From an uncultured Methylomirabilota bacterium (GTDB lineage Bacteria > Methylomirabilota > Methylomirabilia > Methylomirabilales > 2-02-FULL-66-22): DNA of 64,000 nucleotides. A program made the position numbers and the translations under genes. Where the stretch lies: positions 328,684 through 392,683 of the forward strand of contig CAWJHW010000004.1 of NCBI GenBank assembly GCA_963842855.1, given 5' to 3'. A model generated the notes under the pieces. That model saw only the letters and a list, made by a program, of their open reading frames with translations. It made no database searches and was not told where the DNA came from. Positions 57,316 through 64,000 of the stretch are shown one piece after another (the stretch's first letter is position 1; the number at the start of each line of letters is the position of its first letter).

Positions 57316-58543
57316 ATGACCATGACATCCACGCAGAAGGCCCCGAAGAACGACGTGCCGGAGCGGCCTCGTTCCGCTCCGGTGCGCAGGCGCTGGTGGA
57401 TCGGCTTGCTGGTGCTCTGTCTCCTCGCCATCGGGGCCTACGCCCTCTTGAGCAAGTGGGGCCGGGCGCAACCGCGCGCTGTCAGGCAAGAGGCACCCGC
57501 CGCGCGCGCGCTGCCAGTGGTGGCGGTGGCAGCCAAAAGGGCCGACATCGGAGTGTATCTCGCCGGGCTCGGCTCGGTCACACCGCTCAGCACCATCACC
57601 GTGAAAAGCCGCGTGGACGGACAACTGATGAAGGTCCCCTTCCGAGAAGGGCAGATCGTCAGAGAGGGAGATGTGCTGGCCGAAATCGACCCCCGGCCGT
57701 TCCAAGTGCAGTTGACCCAGGCCGAGGGACAGATGGCTCGAGACCAGGCGTTGCTGAAGAACGCCCAACTCGACCTGCAGCGCTACCGGGTGCTGGTCGC
57801 GCAGGACTCGATTGCCAAGCAGCAGTTGGACACCCAGGAAGTCTCTGGTTCGCCAGTATGAAGGAGCCATCAAGGTTGACCAGGGGCAGATCGACAGCGC
57901 CAAGCTGCAACTCATCTACTGCCACATCACCGCACCGATCAGCGGGCGCCTTGGGTTGCGCCTGGTGGATCCCGGCAACATCGTGCACGCGACCGATGCC
58001 AATGGGCTGGTGGTGATCACCCAGCTCCAACCCATTGCCGTGGTGTTTGCCATCCCCGAGGACAGTCTCCCGCAGGTACTTGCCGAGCTCAAGGCCGGGG
58101 CGCGTTTGCCTGTCGAGGCCTATGATCGCGAGGGACGGCAGAAACTGGCCGTTGGATCGTTGTTGACGGTCGACAATCAGATCGACCCGACCACCGGCAC
58201 GGTCCGGCTCAAGGCCGTGTTCCCGAACGAGGACAATGGGCTGTTCCCCAACCAGTTCGTCAATGCGCACCTCCTTCTGGACGTCAAGCGCGGGGCGACG
58301 GTGGTGCCGACCGCCGCCATTCAGCGGAGCCCCCAGAGCGCCTTCGTCTACGTGGTGAAGGCAGATCAGACTGTCGCCATGCGTCCCGTTACGATCGGCG
58401 TCAGCCAGGGAGATGAGACATCGATCAACGCAGGGCTGGTCCCGGGAGACCTCGTCGTCACGAACGGGGTGGAGAGACTTCGAGAAGGTGCGAGGGTGGA
58501 GTTGCAGGCGGGGGGCGATAATAGCCCACGAAAGAGCAACTGA
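57316..58543 (+). pseudogene. mdtA: RND membrane-fusion protein MdtA-like, one frameshift
   Basis: Two track ORFs (57316..57861 and 57812..58543) together align collinearly with E. coli MdtA as I recall it: ...QQLDTQE / SLVRQYEGAIKVDQGQIDSAKLQLIYCHITAPISGRLG...LFPNQFVNA. The frame changes by +1 near 57838-57846. Confidence 0.8.
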
Positions 58544-61500
58544 TGAATCTCTCCCGACCCTTCATCCTGCGGCCGGTCGCTACCACACTCCTGATGGCCG
58601 CCATTCTGCTGGCCGGTGCCGTGGCCTACCGCCAGCTACCCGTCGCCGCCTTACCGCAGGTGGATTACCCGACCATCCAAGTCCTCACCTTCTACCCCGG
58701 GGCCAGTCCCGGAGGTCATGGCGTCATCGGTCACGGCTCCGTTGGAACGCCAGTTCGGGCAAATGCCCGGACTGAAACAGATGATGTCGACCAGCTCCAG
58801 CGGCAGCTCGGTGATTACGCTCCAGTTCAGTCTGGACCTCAGCCTGGACGTCGGCGAGCAGGAGGTACAGGCGGCCATCAATGCCGCCTTCACCTATCTA
58901 CCCGCGGATCTGCCGAATCCCCCCGTCTACAGCAAGGTGAACCCGGCCGATGCGCCGATCCTGACACTGGCGTTGACCTCAAAGACGTTGCCGTTGCCTC
59001 AGGTTGAAGACCTCGCGGATACCCGGTTTGCGCAGAAGATCTCCCAGCTCGCGGGCGTGGGCCTTGTCAGTATCAGCGGCGGGCAACGGCCGGCGGTGCG
59101 GATCCAAGCCAACCCGACGGCCCTGGCGGCATACGGCCTGACCCTCGAAGATCTGCGAACCGTGATGATCGGCCGCCAATGTCAATCAAGCCAAGGGCAG
59201 CTTCGACGGGCCGCAGCAGGCCTACGTCATCGGCGCGAATGATCAGCTCCTGGCGAGCGGCGAGTACCGGCCGTTGATTGTCGCCTATCGCAACGGCGCG
59301 CCGGTCCGGCTGTCCGACGTTGCCGATGTGTTCGACGATGCGGAGAATGTGAGGCAAGCGGCGTGGATGAACGAGACCCCGGCGGTCATCGTCAACATCC
59401 AGCGGCAGCCGGGCGCCAACGTCATCGAGGTGGTCGACCGCATCAAGCGGCTGCTGCCGCAACTCGAGAGCGCGTTGCCCTCCTCGGTAACCGTCTCCGT
59501 GCTGACCGACCGGACCACGACCATCCGCGCCTCGGTCCATGACGTACAGTTCGAACTCATGCTGGCGGTGGCGCTGGTTGTCCTGGTGATCTTCCTCTTT
59601 CTTCGCAATGCCGCCGCCACGACGATCCCCGCCGTCGCCGTCCCGTTGTCCCTCGTGGGCACCTTCGGGGTCATGTACCTCATGGGCTTCAGCCTGAACA
59701 ACCTGTCCATGATGGCGCTGACGATCTCCACCGGGTTCGTGGTCGACGACGCGATCGTCATGATCGAGAACATCGCCCGATACATCGAGCAAGGGGAGCC
59801 TCCGCTTCAGGCCGCTCTCAAAGGCGCCGAGCAGATCGGCTTCACCATCCTCTCTCTGACCGTTTCGCTCATTGCGGTGCTCATTCCCCTGCTGTTCATG
59901 GGCGATGTGGTCGGCCGGCTGTTCCGTGAGTTCGCGATCACCCTCGGCGTCACGATCTTGATCTCGGCCGTCGTCTCGCTCACCCTGACGCCGATGATGT
60001 GCGCAAAGCTGCTCCGGCATACGCCCGAGGAGCAGCAGGGACGGCTCTATCGGGTGTCGCAACGGTGGTTCGATCGGGTCATCGCGGCCTACGGGAGCAC
60101 GTTGCGCTGGGTCTTGGATCGGCAGGGGCTGACGCTCGTGGTGGCGGTGGGCACCCTGGCTCTCACGGTTTTCCTATACATCATCGTGCCGAAGGGCTTC
60201 TTCCCCGTGCAGGATACCGGGGTCCTCTTGGGCATCTCCGAGGCGCCGCAGACGGTATCCTTCGCGGCGATGGCCAGGGCGCAGCAGGCGCTGGCCAGCG
60301 TAATTCTGCGGGATCCTGCGGTGGAAAGCCTCTCCTCGTTCATCGGTGTGGACGGGACCAACACCACCCTCAACAGCGGGCGGATCCTCATCAATCTGAG
60401 GCCCCTGGCAGAGCGGAAGGTGAGCGCGAGTGAGGTCATCCGCCGCTTGCAGCCCACCCTGGCGAAGGTCGAGGGGATCACGCTGTTCCTCCAACCTGTG
60501 CAGGACCTGACCGTCGAGGACCGCGTCAGCCGCACCCAGTACCAGTACACCCTCGAAGATCCGAATGCGGACGAGCTGAATCGCCTGGGCCCCCCGGCTG
60601 GTCGAAGAGCTGCGCGCGCTGCCCGACGCTACGCGACGTAAGCAGCGATCAGCAGGACAGGGGACTGCAGGCCTCGCTCCAGATCGACCGCAGCACGGCC
60701 TCCCGGCTGGGCATCACCCCGCAGCTCATCGATGACACCCTCTATGACGCGTTCGGGCAGCGGCAGGTCTCCACGATCTTCACGCAGCTCAACCAGTATC
60801 GCGTCGTCCTCGAGGTCAAGCCTGCCTACCAGCAGCACCCGAGTGGGTTGCAGGCGGTCTATCTCCGCAGCGCCGGCGGCGGGCAGGTGCCATTGAATGC
60901 GGTGGCGAGCCTCACCGAATCGACGGCACCCCTCGCCGTGAGCCACCAGGGCCAGTTCCCGGCGGTGACGCTCTCGTTCAATCTGGCGCCGGGGGTGGCG
61001 CTGGGGGAGGCGGTGACGGCGGTCGAGGACGGCCACGCGGCACCTGGGGCTGCCGGCGAGCATCCAGGGGAGCTTCCAGGGCACGGCCGAAGCCTTCCGG
61101 GCCTCGCTGACGAACGAGCCCCTGCTGATCCTGGCGGCGCTGGTGGCCGTCTACATCGTCCTCGGGGTACTGTACGAGAGCTACATCCACCCGATCACGA
61201 TCCTGTCCACGCTGCCGTCGGCCGGGGTGGGCGCGATCCTCGCCCTGCTCCTCTATCGCATGGAGCTCAGCGTCATCGCCCTCATCGGCATCATCCTCCT
61301 GATCGGCATCGTGAAGAAGAACGCCATCATGATGATCGACTTCGCCCTCGCGGCGGAGCGGCAGGAGGGGAAGTCCCCCGTCGAGGCCATCTATCAGGCC
61401 TGCCTGTTGCGCTTCCGGCCGATCATGATGACGACGATGGCCGCGCTGCTGGGGGCGCTCCCGCTGGCGCTCGGCACCGGGGTCGGGTCGGAGCTGCGCC

Positions 61501-61664
61501 GCCCGCTCGGCATCTCCATCGTCGGGGGCCTGCTCATCAGCCAACTGCTCACACTGTATACGACGCCGGTGGTGTACCTGGCGTTTGATCGGCTCGCGAG
61601 ACGCCTCCGCGGCTCGGATGCCGGGCAGGCGACCGGTGACGGCGCGGAGATGAGGCCGGCATGA
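58543..61664 (+). pseudogene. mdtB: RND permease MdtB-like, five single-base frameshifts
   Basis: The pieces in track ORFs 58543.., 58616.., 59274.., 60848.. and 61143..61664 are collinear with MdtB: [84 protein letters not shown]. Frame shifts lie near 58711, 59165-59172, 60582-60589, 60625-60634 and 61029-61033. Confidence 0.85.
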
Positions 61665-64000
61665 ACATCTCGAGGATCTTCATCGGCCGACCGGTCGCGA
61701 CGACACTCCTGTCGGCGGGGATGATCCTCACCGGGGCGGTCGCCTTCCGCTTGCTCCCCGTGTCTTCCCTGCCCGAGGTGGACTTTCCGACGATCCAGGT
61801 CTCGGCCTCGCTGCCGGGGGCAGATCCCGAGACCATGGCGACGTCGGTCGCCACGCCCCTCGAACGGCAGTTTAGCCGTATCGCGGGCGTGACCGAGATG
61901 ACGTCCACCAGCTACCGCGGCTCCATGCGCATCGTCTTGCAGTTCGACCTGAACCGCAACATCGATGGGGCAGCCCGGGACGTCCAGGCAGCGATCAACG
62001 CGGCGCGCGGGTACCTTCCGTCGAACCTCCCGAGCGATCCGATTTACCGGAAAGTCAATCCGGCCGACGCGCCCATTCTCCTCCTGTCGCTTACCTCCGA
62101 CTCGGTGAGTCGAGAGCGGATGTATGACGCGGCATCCACCATCCTCTCACAGAAACTCGCACAGGTCGAGGGGGTGGGCCAGGTGTTCGTGGGGGGCGGT
62201 GCGCTACCGGCCGTCCGCGTGGAGCTGAACCCCACGGCGTTGAACAAATACGGAGTCGGCCTCGGGGATGTGCGTCGCATGTTGGCCAGCACGAATGTGA
62301 ACCGGCCCAAAGGGCAGCTTACGGACAGCGCCAAGGCCTGGGAGATCCAGACGAACGACCAACTCCATGGCGCCGCGCAGTACCGGCCCCTGATCGTGGC
62401 CTACAATGCCGGAAGCGCCGTTCGACTGTCGGATGTGGCCAGCGTCGAGGATTCGGTGGAGGATCTCCGCGCGACCGGGCTGGTCAACGGCAAGCCAGCC
62501 GTGATGATCATCGTGTTCCGGCAGCCGGGGGCCAATATCATCGAGACGGTCGATCGCGTCAGGAGCCTGCTCCCGCAGCTCACGGCGGCCCTGCCCGGCG
62601 GCGTCACCTTGTCGGTCACGCTCGACCGCACGCCGCCGATTCGCGCCTCCCTGCGCGACGTCGAGCGGACGCTCCTGATCGCGATCGGGCTCGTCATCCT
62701 GGTGGTGTTCGCCTTCCTGCGGAATGTCCGCGCCACCCTCATCCCGGGCGTCGCGGTTCCGGTGTCGCTCGTCAGCACCTTCGGGGTGATGTACCTCTGT
62801 GGCTACAGCGTGGATAACCTGTCCCTCATGGCGCTCACGATCGCAACCGGGTTTGTCGTGGACGACGCCATTGTCGTGCTCGAGAACATCACCCGGTACA
62901 TCGAGCAAGGCCTCTCTCCCCAACAGGCCGCGCTGCGGGGGGCACGGGAGATCTCCTTCACCGTCCTGTCGATGAGCCTCTCGCTGGTGGCCGTGTTCAC
63001 CCCGATCCTGTTGATGGGCGGCATGGTCGGCCGCCTGTTCCGCGAGTTCGCCGTTGTGCTCTCTGTGGCCATCGCAGTTTCCCTCCTCGTCTCGCTGACG
63101 ACGACCCCCATGATGTGCGCCCGGCTCCTGAAGTCGGAGAGCTCCCGAGCCCATGGGCCGATCCACCGCGCGAGCGAGCGGGTATTCGACTGGATGCTCC
63201 GGCGCTACGAAGCGAGTGTGTCCTGGGCGCTCCATCACGCGCGATTCATGCTCGCGCTGACACTGCTGACCGTCGGGGTGAACGTCTATCTGTTCGTCGT
63301 CGTGCCCAAGGGGTTCTTCCCGCAGCAAGACACCGGACGCTTGGGGGGGACCATTCAAGCCGCGCAAGATATATCGTTTCAGGCCATGCGGGAGAAGCTG
63401 GTGGCGGTGGTGAACATCATCCGGAGCGATCCGGCCGTGGAGAGCGTGGGGGGCTTCACCGGCGGGACCGGCGGCGGGGGCGCCACCACGAACACCGCGA
63501 GCATGTTCATCGCACTGAAGCCGCAAGCGCAGCGGACGGTGAGTGCGGATCAGGTGATCGCGCGGCTGCGGGGGCGGCTCCTCTCGGTGCCGGGCGCGCC
63601 GGCGTTCCTTCAGGCCGTCCAGGACCTCCGGGTCGGGGGCCGGCAGAGCAACGCCCAGTACCAATACACGCTTCAGGGCGAGACTGTGACGGAGCTGAAT
63701 ACCTGGGCCCCGCGGGTCGAGCAACGGCTGCGCGCGTTGCCCGAGCTGCGCGACGTGAGCAGCGATCAACAAGACAAGGGACTGCAGGCCTCGCTCCAGA
63801 TCGACCGCAGCACGGCGTCCCGGCTGGGCATCACCTCGCAGCTCATCGATGCCACCCTCTATGACGCGTTCGGTCAGGAGCAGGTCGCCATCACCTATAC
63901 CCCCCTCAACCAATATCACGTCATCATGGAGGTCGCACCGCCATTCTGGCAACGCCCCGAAACCCTGCGGGACATCTACGTGCGGCCGGCGGCAGGAGTA
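61661..64000 (+). CDS. mdtC: RND permease MdtC-like, 5' 780 codons, continues beyond window
   Basis: This ORF is not in the track because it is open-ended. Reading from ATG 61661 (ATGA overlap with the mdtB stop) gives an uninterrupted frame to 64000. Blocks seen are [75 protein letters not shown] and [25 protein letters not shown]. Confidence 0.88.
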   Translation, partial: MNISRIFIGRPVATTLLSAGMILTGAVAFRLLPVSSLPEVDFPTIQVSASLPGADPETMATSVATPLERQFSRIAGVTEMTSTSYRGSMRIVLQFDLNRNIDGAARDVQAAINAARGYLPSNLPSDPIYRKVNPADAPILLLSLTSDSVSRERMYDAASTILSQKLAQVEGVGQVFVGGGALPAVRVELNPTALNKYGVGLGDVRRMLASTNVNRPKGQLTDSAKAWEIQTNDQLHGAAQYRPLIVAYNAGSAVRLSDVASVEDSVEDLRATGLVNGKPAVMIIVFRQPGANIIETVDRVRSLLPQLTAALPGGVTLSVTLDRTPPIRASLRDVERTLLIAIGLVILVVFAFLRNVRATLIPGVAVPVSLVSTFGVMYLCGYSVDNLSLMALTIATGFVVDDAIVVLENITRYIEQGLSPQQAALRGAREISFTVLSMSLSLVAVFTPILLMGGMVGRLFREFAVVLSVAIAVSLLVSLTTTPMMCARLLKSESSRAHGPIHRASERVFDWMLRRYEASVSWALHHARFMLALTLLTVGVNVYLFVVVPKGFFPQQDTGRLGGTIQAAQDISFQAMREKLVAVVNIIRSDPAVESVGGFTGGTGGGGATTNTASMFIALKPQAQRTVSADQVIARLRGRLLSVPGAPAFLQAVQDLRVGGRQSNAQYQYTLQGETVTELNTWAPRVEQRLRALPELRDVSSDQQDKGLQASLQIDRSTASRLGITSQLIDATLYDAFGQEQVAITYTPLNQYHVIMEVAPPFWQRPETLRDIYVRPAAGV

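Noticed and set aside
62204-63952. 582-aa minus-strand ORF, the only long ORF the track lists here
   Set aside because: It is antisense to an uninterrupted MdtC-like reading frame (61661..64000). That frame is missing from the track only because it has no stop inside the window.

Overview
GC-rich bacterial chromosomal window. Lineage cannot be assigned from the sequence alone, and I recognised no rRNA, complete tRNA or CRISPR array. It falls into three parts. (1) 1-7.1 kb is a mobile-element-like island of short + strand ORFs: two excisionase-type HTH genes, an XRE-type regulator interrupted by an in-frame TAG, and a family of small Cys-rich zinc-finger-like proteins. No integrase lies inside the window. 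(2) 7.2-27.2 kb is mostly housekeeping: galM, ilvE, an EamA transporter, a BcrAD/BadFG-type double-ATPase activase with its partner, rhodanese, PAC2, cupin, yggS, transaldolase and an IclR regulator. It also holds a lipoprotein / retropepsin-like protease / lipoprotein trio and a short element present three times that carries a tRNA T-loop-like motif. (3) 27.5-64 kb is an envelope, efflux and stress accessory region. It contains a four-gene module (small TM protein, CheY-like receiver, zf-HC2 anti-sigma-like protein, small protein) with no sigma factor gene, plus a second scattered and partly decayed copy. It also contains a MacA / split MacB / NodT efflux operon, an arn-like aminosugar glycosyl-transfer cassette, a second MacB-type locus reduced to remnants, Spy/CpxP-like proteins, an HtrA-like protease and mdtABC (mdtC runs off the window end). 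Mobile and selfish elements are an apparently ORF-less group II intron with textbook domains V and VI (31.3-31.9 kb) and an IS630-family element inserted with a TA duplication into codon 5 of a response-regulator gene. A ~320 nt non-coding leader occurs twice (12.4 kb and 50.0 kb). Many genes between 37 and 61 kb carry single-base frameshifts (mdtB alone has five), while the neighbouring mdtC is intact. Real decay and assembly error cannot be told apart without reads. The candidates I consider most likely to be new biology are the receiver/anti-sigma module without a sigma factor, the repeated 320 nt leader, the Cys-rich protein family of the island, and the paralogous lipoprotein pair flanking a secreted retropepsin-like protease. 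None of these can be assigned a function from the sequence alone.
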